This document shows positions 1 through 13,129 of a stretch of DNA of 64,000 nt, piece by piece. The notes under the pieces were generated by a model. The model had not been told where the DNA came from. It worked only from the letters and a program-made list of their open reading frames with translations, and ran no database searches. Every line of letters starts with the position of its first letter. Within the stretch, counting starts at the first letter, position 1. The position numbers and the translations under genes were made by a program. The stretch is from Mobula birostris (Eukaryota), in the NCBI RefSeq assembly GCF_030028105.1, contig NC_092373.1, positions 43,381,451 through 43,445,450 of the forward strand. The letters run 5' to 3'.

Positions 1-1284
1 GGGCAGGTATTCAGATCTCTGGATCATTGGGACTTCTTTTGAGGCAGGTGTGACCTGTACAAAAAGGACGGGTTGCACTTGAATCCTAGGGAGACCAATA
101 TCCAGGCAGGGTGGTTTGCTAAGGCTACTGGGGAGAGTTTAATCGAGAATTGTTGGGGGGTGGGAACCGAACTGAAGAGACTGGGGAAGAGGTGTTTGGC
201 TCACAAATAGAAAAAGCTTGGAGACAGTGTGTGAGGGAGAATAGGCAGGTGGTAGAGAAGGGACGTGCTCAGACTGACGGTTTGAATGTATCTCTTTCAA
301 TGCAAGGAGTATTGTGAACAAAGCGGATGAGCTTGGAGCATGGATCAGTACTTGGAGCTATGGTGTGGTGGCCATTACAGAGACTTGGATGGCTCAGGGA
401 CAGGCATGGTTACTTCAAGTGCCAAGTTTTAGATGTTTCAGGAAGGACAAGGAAGGAGGCAAAAGAGGTGGGGGCGTGGATCAGAGATAGTGTCACGGCT
501 GTAGAAAAGCTGGACGCCATGGAGGGATTGTCTACGGACTCTCTGTGGGTGGAGGTTAGGAACAGGAAGAGGTCAATAACTCTACTGGTTGTTTTTTATA
601 GGTCACCCAATAGTAACAGGGATCTCGAGGAGCGGATAGGGAAACAGATCCTGGAAAAGTGTAATAATAACAGAGTTGTCATGGTGGGAGATTTTAATTT
701 CCCAAATATCGATTGGCATCTCCTTAGACCAAGGGATTTAGATGGGGTGGAGTTTGTTAGGTGTGTGCAGGAAGGTTTCTTGACACAATATGTAGATAAA
801 CCTACAAGAGGAGAGGCTGTACTTGATTTGGTATTGGGAAATGGACCTGGTCAGGTGTCAGATCTCTCAGTGGGAGAGCATTTTGGAGACAGTGATCATA
901 ATTCTATCTCCTTTAGCATTGGAGGGAGATAGGAACAGACAAGTTAGAAAAGCGGTTAATTGGAGTAAGGGGAATTATGAGTCTATCAGGCAGGAAATTG
1001 GAAGCTTAAATTGGGAACAGATGTTCTCAGGGAAAGGTATGGAAGAAATGTGGCAAATGTTCAGGGGATATTTGTGTGGAGTTCTGCATAGGTACTTTCC
1101 AATGAGACAGGGAAGTTATGGCAGGGTACAGGAACCGTGGTGTACAAAGGCTGTAGTAAATCTAGTCAAGAAGAAAAGAAAAGCTTACAAAAGGTTCAGA
1201 GAGCTAGGTAGGGTTAGTGATCTAGAAGATTATAAGGCTAACGGGAAGGAGCTTAAGAAGGAAATTAGGAGAGCCAGAAGGGAT

Positions 1285-2392
1285 CATAGAAACATAGAAA
1301 ATAAGTGCAGGGATAGGCCATTCGGTACGATCATGCCTGATCATCCAACTCAGAACCCTGTACCTGCCTTCTCTCCATACCCCCGATCCCTTTAGCCACA
1401 AGGGCCATATCTAACTCCCTCTTAAATATAGCCAATGAACTGACCTCAACTGTTTCCTGTGGCAGAGAATTCCACAGATTCATCACTCTCTGTGTGAAGA
1501 AATTTTCCTCATCTTGGACCTAAGAGGCTTCCCCTTTATCCCCAAACTGTGACCCCTCGTTCTGGACTTCCCCAACATCGGGAACAATCTTCCTGCATCT
1601 AGCCTGTCCAATCCCTTTAGAATTTTATACGTTTCAATCAGATCCTTCCTCAATCTTATAAATTCCAGAGAATACAAGCCTAGTCAATCCAGTCTTTCAT
1701 CATATGAAAGTCCTGCCATCCCAGGAATCAATCTGGTGAACACTCCTTTGTGCTCCCTCTATGGCAAGAATGTCTTTCCGCAGATTAGGGGACCAAAACT
1801 GCACGCAATACTCCAGGTGTGGTCTCACCAAGGCCTTGTACAACTGCAGTAGTACCTCTCTGCTCCTGTACTTGAATCCTCTTGCTATGAATGCCAGCAT
1901 ATCATTCGCCTTTTTCACCACCTGCTGTACCTGCATGCCCACTTTCAATGACTAGTGTACAATGACACCCAGGTCTTGTTGCACCTCCCCTTTTCCTAAT
2001 TGGCCACCATTCAGATAATAACCTGTTTTCCTGTTCTTGCCACCAAAGTGGATAGCCTCACATTTATCCACATTAAATTGCATCTGCCATGAATTTGCCC
2101 ACTCACCTAACCTATCCAAGTCACCCTGCATCCTCTTAGCATCCTCTTAGCATCCTCCTCACAGCTAACACTGCCGCCCAGCTTCGTGTCATCCGCAAAC
2201 TTGGAGATGCTGCATTTATTCCCTCGTCTAAGTCATCAATATATTTTGTAAACAACTGGGGTCCCAGCACTGAGCCTTGCGGTACCCCACTAGTCACTGC
2301 CTGCCATTCTGAAAAGGTCCTGTTTATTCCCACTTTTTGCTTCCTGTCTTCCAACCAATTCTCTAGCCACATCAATACCATACCCCCAATAC
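1285..2392 (-). mobile_element. 5'-truncated CR1 LINE nested in the first CR1
   Basis: Minus-strand ORFs [23 protein letters not shown] and RTRGH. Tail (TTTCTATG)n reads as catagaaacatagaaa. Host CR1 resumes at CATgggaaggcc (~2393). Confidence 0.88.
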
Positions 2393-2442
2393 CATGGGAA
2401 GGCCTTGGCAGGCAGGATTGAGGAAAACCCTAAGGCATTCTA

Positions 2443-3051
2443 CGAGGGGTGATTGATAAGTTCATGGCCTAAGGTAGAAGGAGTCAATTTTAGAAAAACC
2501 TAGCACATTTATTTTTCCTATATTTACACACTTAGTCCAACGGTCGTGGAGCAGACGGATCCCTTCTTTGTAGAAGTCGGCGTCTTGGACCTCCAGAAGA
2601 GGTCCACAGCAGGGATGATTGATAAGTTTGTGGCCTAAAGTAGAAGGAGCTGAGGAGAAACTTCAAACTTTCTGCATTTTCACTCAAAGAGTTGAACTGC
2701 ATGTGCATGTAACGAAAGCTGTATAGCTCATCTCCTTCTACTCTAGGCCATGAACTTATCAATCACCCCTGCTGTGGACCTCCTGGAGGTCCAAGATGCT
2801 CTCGTTACCTGCACATGCAGTTCAACTCTTGGAGTGATAATGCAGAAAATTTGAAGTTAATAACTCATCTCCTTCTACCTTAGGCCACAAACTTATCAAT
2901 CACCCATGCTGTGGACCACTTCTATAAAGAAGGGATTCGTATGCTCCACGACCACTGGACTAAGTGTGTAAATGTAGGAAAAATAAATGTGCTAGGTTTT
3001 CTAAAATTGCATCCTTCTACCTTAGGCCACGAACTTATCAATCACCCCTCA
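2443..3051. mobile_element. Mariner-derived fold-back MITE, copy 1
   Basis: TA at 2441-2442 and 3052-3053. TIR cgaggggtgattgataagttc... occurs five times (2 forward, 3 reverse). Contains mariner-like C-terminus FYKEGIRMLHDHWTKCVNVG. Confidence 0.88.
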
Positions 3052-6000
3052 TACAAGTATGTGAAGAGCAAGAGGGTAAGACGTGAAAGAATAGGACCTA
3101 TCAATTGTGACAGTGGGAAAGTGTGTATGGAACTGGAGGAAATAGCAGAGGTACTTAATGAATACTTTACTTCAGTATTCACTATGGCAAAGGATCTTGG
3201 TGATCGTAGTGATGACTTGCAGCAGACTGTAAAGCTTGAGCATGTAGATATTAAGAAAGAGGATGTGCTGGAGCTTTTGGAAAGCATCAAGTTGGATAAG
3301 TCACCGGGCTACTGTGGCTACTGTAGGAGGTGAGGGAGGAGATTGCTGAGCCTCTGGCAGTGATCTTTGCATCATCAATGGGGATGGGAGAGGTTCCGGA
3401 TGATTGGAGGGTTGCGGATGTTGTTCCTGTATTCAAGAAAGGGAGTAGAGATAGCCCAGGAAATTATAGACCAGTGAGTCTTACCTCAGTGGTTGGTAAT
3501 TTGATAGAGAAGATCCTGAGAGGCAGGATGTATGAACATTTGGAGAGGTATAATATGATTAGGAATAGTCAGCATGGCTTTGTAAGGGCAGGTCGTGCCT
3601 TACGAGCCTAATTGAATTTTTGAGGATGTGACTAAACACATTGATGAAGGAGGAGCAGTAGATGTAGTGTGTATAGATTTCAGCAAGGCATTTGATAAGG
3701 TACCCCATGCAAGGCTTATTGAGAAAGTAAGGAGGCATGGGATCCAAGGGGAAATTGCTTTGTGGATCCAGAACTGGCTTGCCCACAGAAGGCAAAGATG
3801 TGGTTGCAGATGGGTCATATTCTGCATGGAGGTCAGTGACCAGTGGTGTGCCTCAGGGATCCGTTTTGGGACCCTTACTCTTTGTAATTTTTATGACTGA
3901 CCTGCATGAGGAAGTGGAGGGATGGGTTAGTAAGTTTGCTAATGACACAAAGGTTGGGGGTGTTGTAGATAGTGTCAGAGGTTGCAGCGGGACATTGATA
4001 GGATGCAAAACTGGGCTGAGAAGTGGCAGATGGAGTTCAACCCAGATAATTGTGAGGTGGTTCATTTTGGTAGATCAAATTTGATGGCAGAATATAGTAT
4101 TAATGGTTAGACTCTTGGCAGTGTGGAGGATCAGAGGGATCTTGGGGTCGGAGTCCATAGGACGCTCAAGGCAGCTGCGCAGGTTGACTCTGTGGTTAAG
4201 AAGGCATATGGTGTATTGGCTTTCATCAACCTTGGAATTGAATTTAGGAGCCGAGAGGTAATGTTGCATCTATATAGGATCCTGGTCAGACCCCACTTAG
4301 AGTACTGTGCTCAGTTCTGTTCACCTCACGACAGGAAGGATGTGGAAACCGTAGAAAGAGTGCAGAGGAGATCTACAAAGATGTTGCCTGGATTGGGGAG
4401 CATGCCTTATGAGAACAGGTTGAGTGAACTCGGCCTTTTCTACTTGGAGCGACGGAGGATGAGAGATGATCTGATAGAGATGTATAAGATGATGAGAGGC
4501 ATTGATTGTGTAGATAGTCAGAGGCTTTTTCCCAGCGCTGAAATGGCTGCCACTAGGGGACACAGGTTTAAGGTGCTGGGGAGTAGGTACAGAGGAGATG
4601 TCAGAGGTAAGTATTTTACGCAGAGAGTGGTGAGTGCGTGGAATGAGCTTCTGGCAACGATGGTGGAGGCGGATACGATAGGGTCTTCTAAGAGACTTTT
4701 GGATAGGTATATGGAGCTTGGAGAAATACTATGGATAACCCTAGTAATTTCTAGTGTAGGGACATGTTCGGCACAACTTTGTGGGCCGAAGGACATGTTT
4801 TATGCTGTAGGTTTTCTATGTTTCTAGATGTAATTGTACAGTGTTGCAAATACATGCATCAACAAGATATTTCATTAATGTTTTTATATTAAAGTTCACT
4901 GTGCCACCGGAATTATAGGACAACCTTGACACAATATGATTTAGAGGATTAGACCACAGGGTAATACCTTGATAAATATTTTTGCCTCAGTGAGTTGGTT
5001 TATTGTCATCACTGTTACTGAAGTACAGTGAAAATCTTGTCTTGCATGCTGTTCATGCAGATCAATTCATAACAACAGTGCATTAAAGTAGTACAAGGTA
5101 GAACAATAGCGGAATGCATAAAAAGTAGCTGTGAACTGCTGCCTTGAAAATATACAGACCTAAAGTGGTTAGCTCCACAGTAGGTTGGGAATTTCAGCCT
5201 TTTAGCCCAGTGAAGGCAAAGAAATTGTAATTTATATATAGATTAATATGGCCTGTGATTTGAAAGGAAACTTAGAGACAACAGAGTTCCCATAACTCTA
5301 CTGCCATCATCTTTGACAGCGGTTTTCTTGATGGAAGCTAGAGCATGAAGGTGATAAGCAATAGAACCGAGAGATTGAATATGATTTTTTGACCAACAGT
5401 AGGTGCTTAAGGTTAAGAATACACTGTCTGAGAATGTAGAAGAAGCACATTCAATTGTAGCATTCAGAAGGGAGCTGTGTATGTACTTGAAAAAATTAGG
5501 TTGTAGGACTATGCAGAGAGGGTGTAGGAATGGGAGTAGCTAGATTGGCCCTGGTATGGGCTGAATGGGCCAAATGCCCTTCTTCCATACTGCTCTGTGG
5601 TACTTGCCTTTCCAAGGGCATGTTGATGTTACACATAGCCAAAGGCTGCTTTGAATATCATGGAGTATTGAAGTCTTTCAGGAAAGTGGTTCTTTTGTCT
5701 ATGTTTGGACAAAGACTATAGTGAAGTCTTAGATTAGTTGTACTTGTGAACCAGAAGAGTTCATTGGTAAGTAGATTTTTGGTGGGTAGTGTGATTTAGA
5801 AACATCTTCCATCATTTTGCTGATGATTGAAGGTGGACAGTATTTTCTGAATTTAGTGAATAGGACATATGTTTCACTTTACTGACACAATAGCAGTGCT
5901 ATATCAGTACTGGAATGGAACATTTGGCTTGAGTGTGGCAACATCGGTCTTCAGACTAAATCTTTAATGGAGTGTGATCTAGCCATGTATCTTTAATCAT

Positions 6001-7925
6001 CAGCGCACAATGTTTTTACCTGAATTATTTGGAGTGAATTGAATTGATAAAAGATTGGCTTCCCTGATGGTTTGGACCTTAGGGGGAAGCAAAATAATCA
6101 CCCATTTAGTATTTCTGAAGGAAGGCGGTTATAATTACTTCAGTTGATTACACTAATTTCTATTTCTGCCATCACCAATGATAGGAATGTCCAAAGAACT
6201 TCCTTCTTTCCTTTCAGATGTTTAATGCTCCACAGTCTTGGTATGGCAAGGCTGCAGGTCTCTGCTGTAATTTTGAGATATAGTCTTCTGCTTTGGCCTT
6301 GATAGTTTGGCATCTTATTATTTTTTTGATGCTTATATTTATATTTTCCAGCAAGGACAAAAAAAAAGTCGGGGAAGACCATGTGGCTCTGCCATTAAAA
6401 AAGATCGTGGCTGATCATCTTTGCTTTTCCTGCCTGACTCTATTTCTTGCTTCCTTTAGGTTTACATATCTATCAGTCTTAGACTTGACCTTGATTAGCA
6501 AAATATCCATAACTTTCTGTGCAAGAAAAATTCCACAGATTAAGAACTCTTTAGCTGAAGAAATTCCTCCTAGCAGTCTTTAGTGTCTCTTAGACTAGAT
6601 CTAGAGCATGTAGAGAAGAGAAATCCCCTCTCACCATCCACCGTCTACACTCTCATGTTCCTCAGAACCTTACATTTTAGTTATATCATTTCTCCAAATC
6701 CCAGCAAGTCCATCCTCTTCTACTTTCATCGGAGATAAGCTCTTTTTATCTCAATAATCAACCAGTAAATTCTTAATTATTCTATCTGGCACCTCTACAC
6801 TTATCAGTAAACCAAAGGTGGTCCCCTGATTCGATAGTAATAGCAGTGTTTTTATGCAAGCCACAGGTTTGCTTGTTTTTGTGATGGTGTTGCATTTTAC
6901 TCAAATTTTAAGTTGTGGATCCTTTTAAAATTTGTCCTCTTTGTCGGAGTGGCAGTAATGCACAGTGCAATGTAGAATTTCTTCTTGTAAAAACTAGGCC
7001 CCATCTCTTGGGATGCTGTCCTCTATTGTTACTATCATAGGCAGATCTATTTGTGTCAGTACAGTGATATGGACCATCACTGTCTATAAATGGCAAGACC
7101 GAGACTCTGACAACTAAGCCCATCAGAAATTTTGCCACCTCAACGAGTGACAATGCAATTGAGCTACATTTGGTGACAGATTTTGAAGTCCTCCGCTCTA
7201 TTTCTCTACAGTGCTTCTTCCAAATGATATTCAATATGTTGGAGCATTAACTCATCTGCTAAGGGTTGGTAACTAGCAATAGGATTCCTCACTTGTGGTA
7301 GTCTAATTCCATGAGTAGTCATGGTGTCTAAAGTTAATAATATAGACCAATCAAAGCCTGCTTCTCATTTTCCTGTATTCATTATGGACGAGTTCTTCTG
7401 GTGGGATTGAATGCAACCACATAGGAATGTGATAGAGAAGTTGTGATTATCAGCTGGAAGTGAGGCTGTTGAGTGTGCTGATGCTTGGCTAGTCTGTGAA
7501 ATTGTTTGCCCAATTTAAGCAGTCTTCGAAGATTGCATGTATGAATTCTGTGTGTAGATCAGTGCTGGGCAGTCCGCCTCACTATAAGTTACTGTATGTT
7601 AGCAAAGTGCTTCAAAAACTGACTATATAGATCAGACCAAATTGTTATCCTTTCCTTATTGATATGTGTGAACAAAATACTTATTACTGCTGGTATTCAT
7701 TTTTCTATTCAAAATTATTTAATTAGTCAAATCAAAATCTTTGTCTGTTTATTGATCTACAAAGTGTTGTGATTCACCAATATAGCATATCTAAAATTTG
7801 TACCCTCATGTTGAACCCTGCTTGGCTTTGCCTATATCCACCTCTCTAGCTTTCAAAGGCAATTTTTCCAATCATGGCTTTGTATAAGTGGCTTTAAAAA
7901 AGAGTAAATAGCACCTATAATTATA

Positions 7926-8058
7926 GACACAAGAGATTCTGCAGATTCTGGGAATCCTGAGCAACACACGCAAAGTGCTGGAGGAACTTAGCAAGTCAGT
8001 CAGCATCAATGGAATAAATAGTCGACATTTTGCGCCAAGACCCTTCACCTGTACCCTA
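7926..8058 (-). mobile_element. Degenerate copy of the hammerhead-bearing Penelope-pLTR-like element
   Basis: Similar to 35474-35635 (ctgcagat.ctgg...caacacac...gtcgac.tttt...gacccttc). Ribozyme core is mutated. Confidence 0.65.
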
Positions 8059-8421
8059 TAATTGTTGTGGAACATGAGCTCCATATTTGGTTTTCTTGCC
8101 TTAACCTTTAATCCCTTTCTGAATTTCTCCATCTTACTTCCCTTGAGATCCTGCTATTTGTTGCAGTGGTTCAGTGCTCAACTTAACTGCAAAACATTCA
8201 ATGTGTATTTTTTGTTTTTGCAGTCAATGTTATTAAATCTAATTGGCGCTGTATTATTTGATATAATCATAAAATATAATATTTAGTCTTTAGACAGAAT
8301 TTAAAATCAGTTTGGCAGGTCTTAGTGGCAAATCTGTTAAGGATTAAAAATGGCTTGGAAATAACATATAAAATGTCAAAGTTTTTCACAAATTGAGTTG
8401 TATTATGTTTCTCTGTAATAG

Positions 8422-8595
8422 GCGTTTGACCAGAAGTCTGGGGCAAGCTGGTGAAATTGAACCTGAAACTGAAGGCATCCTTATAGAATATGATGTGGAT
8501 TTCTCGGATTTCCCTGCTGAAGTTCTGGAATGTCTACCAAAATCTCGACCATGGACGATCCCACGTGAAGAACTTAGAGACCGTAAAGATTTACG
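8422..8595 (+). CDS. DIS3L2: DIS3L2 coding exon (174 nt; equivalent to human exon 9)
   Basis: Acceptor ...gtaatag|G and donor CG|gtgaat. Translates [58 protein letters not shown], matching DIS3L2 as recalled. Phase 2/2. Confidence 0.95.
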
Positions 8596-8739
8596 GTGAA
8601 TGTCTGTTCAGAATAAATTTTAACTTTGTATTTAGTTAGCTAATCTATGCTTAGATTTATGCATTCTGTTAGAGATGTTTGGGCATCCTTGAAAGAAATT
8701 TATTTGGTATATTTGCTTATTATTGTTACATGTATCAAG

Positions 8740-11700
8740 GTTCAGTGAAAAACATATATATCTCCGTCCTAAATCTCCTCCCCTGAATCTTGAGGCAATG
8801 TCCCCTAGCTCTAGTCTCACGTACCGATGGAAACAACTTTCATACTTTTATCTTATCTATCCCTTTCAAAATTTTGTATGTTTCTATAAGATCCCTTCTC
8901 ATTCTTCTGAACTCCAGAGAGTATAGTCCCAGGCAACTCAATCTCTCCTCATAGGTTAACTCCTTCATCCCTGGAATCAACCTAGTGAACCTCCTCTGCA
9001 CTGCCTCCAAAGCCAGTATATCCTTCCTCAAGTATGGAGACCAGAACTGCACACAGTACTCCAGGTGCGGTCTCACCAGCACCCTGTGTAGTTGCAGCAT
9101 GACCTCCCTGCTCTTGAATTTAATCCCTCTAGCAATGAAGGCCAACATTCCATTTACCTTCTTAATAACCTGTTGTACCTGCAAGCCAACTTTTTGCGAT
9201 TCTTGCACAAGCACTCCCAAGTCCCTCTGTACAACAGTATGCTGCAATCTTTCACCATTTAAATAATAATGTGCTCTTCTATTATTCCCTCCAAAGTGCA
9301 TGATCTCACATTTATCAACGTTGTATTCCATCTACCAGACCTTGGCCCACTCACTTAACCTATCTATATCCCTCTGCAGACTCTCCACATCCTCTGTACA
9401 ATTTGCTTTTCCACTCAGTTTAGTGTCATCAGCGAATTTTACTATGCTACACTCAGTCCCCTCTTCAAATCATCAATGTAAATGGTAAACAGCTGTGGGC
9501 CCAGCACCGAACCCTGCGGCACCCCACTCACCACAGACTGCCAACCGGAGAAACACCCATTTATACCAACTCTCTGCCTTCTGTCGGTTAACCAATCGGA
9601 TATCCATGCCAATACACTTCCTCCGACTCCATGCATTTATAAGTCACTTGTGCGGCACCTTATCGAACGCCTTCTGGAAATCCAAGTATATGACATCCAC
9701 TTGTTCCACCTATCCACTGCACTCATTATGTCCTCAAAGAACTTCAGTGAGTTTATCAAACAGGAGTTGCCCTTTCTGAATCCATGCTGTGTCTGTCTAA
9801 TGGAACTACACCTTTCTAAATGCTTCGCTATCTCTTCCTTAATGACAGCTTCACGCATTTGCAGTACTACAGATGTTAAGCTAACTGGCCTATAGTTGCC
9901 TGTCTTTTGCCTACATCCTTTTTAAAAATTGGTGTGACATTTGCTGTCTTCCAGCCTACTGGGACCTGGCCAGGGTCTAGAGAGTTTTGATAAATGATTA
10001 CCAACGTGTCTACTATAACCTACGCCAATTCCTTCAGCACCCTGGGATGCATCCCATCAGGACCAGGGGACTTATCTATCTTCAGGCCCTCTAGTTTGCT
10101 CATCTTTAGTGACAGTGATTTATCGAGGTCCCCACCTCCCACTTCGTCCATGACATCCTCTTCGGCATATTAGACGTGTCCTGCACCGTGAAGACCGACA
10201 GAAAATAGTCTTTCAATGCCTCAGCCATTTCCTTATCACTCAATAGCAATTTCCGCTTCTCGTCTTCCAAGGGACCTACGTTGACTTTAGCCATCCTCTT
10301 CCGCTTTATATATTTATAAAAATTTTTGCAATGTTTTTGTATTTTGTGCTAATTTACTGCTGCACTCTATCTTCCCTTTCCTTATTTCTTGTTTAGTTGT
10401 TTTCTGTTGCTTTTTAAAGTTTTCCCACTGCTCCAGTCTCCCACTACTCTTTGCGAACTTTGTACACGAGCTTTTAATTTGATACTGTCGTATATTTCCT
10501 TAGTTATCTAAGGCTGACTCTCCCCACACTTAATGTCCTTACTTTTGACTGGAATATACTTTTGTTGAGCACTGTGGAAAAATCTCTTTGAAAGTATTCC
10601 ACTGTTCCTCAACTGTCCTACCAAGTGGCCCATCCACATTAGCCAATTCCTCACTCATCCTGTTGTAGTCTCCCTTGTTCAAGCATAATACACTAGTTTT
10701 AGATCTAACTATTTCATCCTCCATCCGAATGCAAAATTCAGTCATACCATGATCACTCTTTCCAAGAGGATCCCTGACTACAAGATCGTTAATCTTACCT
10801 GTGTCATTACACAGGACTAGATCTAAGACAGCATTTTCTCTTGTAGGTTCACTAACATGCTGCTCAAGGATGCATTCAATGAAGTCCTCCTCAAGACTTC
10901 CTTGACCAACCTGATTCACCCAATCTATGTGGAAGTTAAAATCCCCCATGACAACTGCTGTTCCGTTCTTTCAAGCCTCAGTTATTTCTTGGTTAATCGC
11001 CTCTGTCACTGCAATATTTTTATTAGGTGGCCCACAGACAACACTCACCAGTGATTTTTTTTCCCTTTACTGTTCTTAATCTCTATCCAGATGGACTCAA
11101 CATTCTGCTTTGTAGATCTTATATCGTCTCTCACAATCACCCTGATCTCATCCCTAATCAAGAGTACCACTCCACCTCCTCTGCCTTCCTGCCTGTCTTT
11201 CCGTATTAGCTGATACCCTTGGATATTTAATTCCCAGGCATCTCCACTTTGCAACCGGATTTCTGTAATGGCCGCTAAATCACATGCCTTGGTACCACAA
11301 GTTCACTAACCTTGTTTTTAATATTACGGGCATTTAGATAAAGTGCCCTTATACTCATTGTCCTTTTAGAACCTAGTGACCTATGTGATTTTTGCTTTTT
11401 ACTTTTTACTTTTATGTTCTCTACTCTTACTTTTTTCTTCACTAACTCCAGCTTTGGTCTCCGCATCGCTACCCTCTTCTTTTCTGGGTGGGTTCCCATC
11501 CCCCTGCCATATTAGTTTAAAGCCTCCCCAACAGCACTAGCAAACAATCTCCCTAGGACTGAACACAAGGAAATCTGCAGATGCTGGAATTTCAAGCAAC
11601 ACACATAAAAGTTGCTGGTGAACGCAGCAGTCGGGACGAAGGGTCTCGACCTAAAACGTCGACTGTACCTATTCCTATAGATGCTGCCTGGCCTGCTGCG

Positions 11701-12003
11701 TTCACCAGCAACTTTTATGTGTGTCCCTACGACTGATCCCTGCCCTGCCCAGATGTAGACCGTCCGACGGTACTGGTCCCAACTCCCCCAGAAGTGGTTC
11801 CAATGCCCCAAGAATTTGAAACCCACCCTCCTGCACCACTGCTCAAGCCACATATTCATTCTAGCTATCCTACCATTCCAACTCTGGCTAGCATGTGGAA
11901 CTGGTAATAATCCCGAAATGATTACCTTTGAGGTCCTACTCTTTAATTTATCTCCTAGCTCCCTAAATTCAGCTTGTAGGACCTCATCCTGCTTTCTTCC
12001 TGT
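8740..12003 (-). mobile_element. Decayed CR1 LINE (ORF1 esterase to RT C-terminus)
   Basis: Minus ORFs KVIISGLLPVP...GFKFLGHW (ORF1 esterase), [30 protein letters not shown] and RPHLEYCVQFWSP. Confidence 0.9.
11563..11723. mobile_element. Fold-back Penelope-pLTR-like mini-element with degenerate hammerhead
   Basis: TSD tccctaggactga (11550-11562) / tccctacgactga (11724-11736). Inverted arms acacacataaaagttgctggtgaacgcagcag / ctgctgcgttcaccagcaacttttatgtgtgt. Confidence 0.8.
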
Positions 12004-12508
12004 AATGTTCAATTCATTACAGCAGTGCAGTGAGGAAGCATAAATTAAAACATCCACAGAGTGCAGAATCACGAGATTATAAATTGGTTCCGGTAGACTT
12101 GTAATTTGCCTAAAGCTGAAATTATAGATTTCTCTCATTTCTCTCCTGTCCTCCCTCTAAGCTCCCTTTGAGCTTACCATAACTACAAAATCTACCTCCT
12201 GCTCCCTTTCTCTTAACTATATTAAACTGCAGCCCATATTTGCTGACATTGTTAAAGGTTACCTTTCCTCAGGCACTGTTCTCCTTTTAAATCTATACTA
12301 ACCATCCTCCTCAGTAAACAAATTTAGAAGCCACCCCTCCTGCTCAAAACCTTGCAAACCACTGGCCCTCGTCTCAGAATGTTTGTTTAAAATCATTTAA
12401 CCAAAATTCAGTCACAAAATGTGTAATGTGGTTGTAACCAAATTCTTTCGCAACCATTGTTCTTACTTACTGTGCTTTTAAACAAATGGAAACATCCTAT
12501 ACCGATTA

Positions 12509-13074
12509 CCCTCAGTGGCCACTTGTTAGGTACATCAGCACACTGACAAGTATCTAATCGGCCTATCATGTCACAGTAACTCAATGCATAAAAACATGCC
12601 AACATTGTCAAGTGGGCCAGTTGTTGCTCAGACCAAGCATCAGAATGGGGAAGAATTGTGATCTAAGTGACTTTGTGGAATAATTGTTCGTGCTAGATGG
12701 GGTGATATGACTATGTAAGCAATTACTGATCTCCTGGGATTTTTATGCACAACAGTTTACAGTGGATGGAGGTATGGAGTTTACAGAGAATGGTGCAAAA
12801 ATTGAAAACAACATCCTATTAGTGGCAGTTCTGTGGGCAAAAATGCCTTGTTAATGACAGAGGACAGAGTAAAATGGCCAAACTGGTTCAGGTTGACAGG
12901 AAGGCTATAGTAAGTCAAATAATCACACGTTGCAACAGTGGTCTGTAGATCATCATCTCTGCACAACACGTCAAACCTTGAGTGAATAGGCTACAGGAGT
13001 AGAAAACCATGAGCACACACTCAATGGCCACTTTATTAGGTACAGGAGGTACCTAATAAAATGATCACTGAGTG
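12509..13074 (+). mobile_element. Non-autonomous Tc1-like DNA transposon
   Basis: TA-flanked. TIR c(a)ctcagtggccacttt.ttaggtac. Remnant Tc1 N-terminal HTH coding (ATGGGGAAGAA.TGTGATCTAAGTGACTTTG). Extra internal TIR at ~13017-13043. Confidence 0.82.
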
Positions 13075-13129
13075 TATTATATAGGCAATGATCAGTGCCA
13101 GTGCTGGAGAATTTCTGCTACTTTGTGCT

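Larger units (their letters stand above)
1..4830 (+). mobile_element. Decayed CR1 LINE (end of ORF1, APE endonuclease, RT, 3' tail), interrupted by two insertions
   Basis: ORF fragments [55 protein letters not shown] and RPHLEYC. TTTCTATG-type tail near 4813-4826. Many frameshifts. Confidence 0.9.

Noticed and set aside
327-4827. Endonuclease/RT ORFs as host genes or a retron-like system
   Set aside because: They are frameshifted pieces of CR1 ORF2, repeated many times in the window.
8985-9895. Plus-strand ORFs antisense to CR1 RT (also 39758-40219 and 34022-34414)
   Set aside because: These are shadow frames opposite LINE coding sequence and recur in every CR1 copy.
11512-12138. 208-aa ORF as a nested gene
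   Set aside because: It is a chimera of flank, CR1 ORF1 esterase and read-through of the fold-back insertion.
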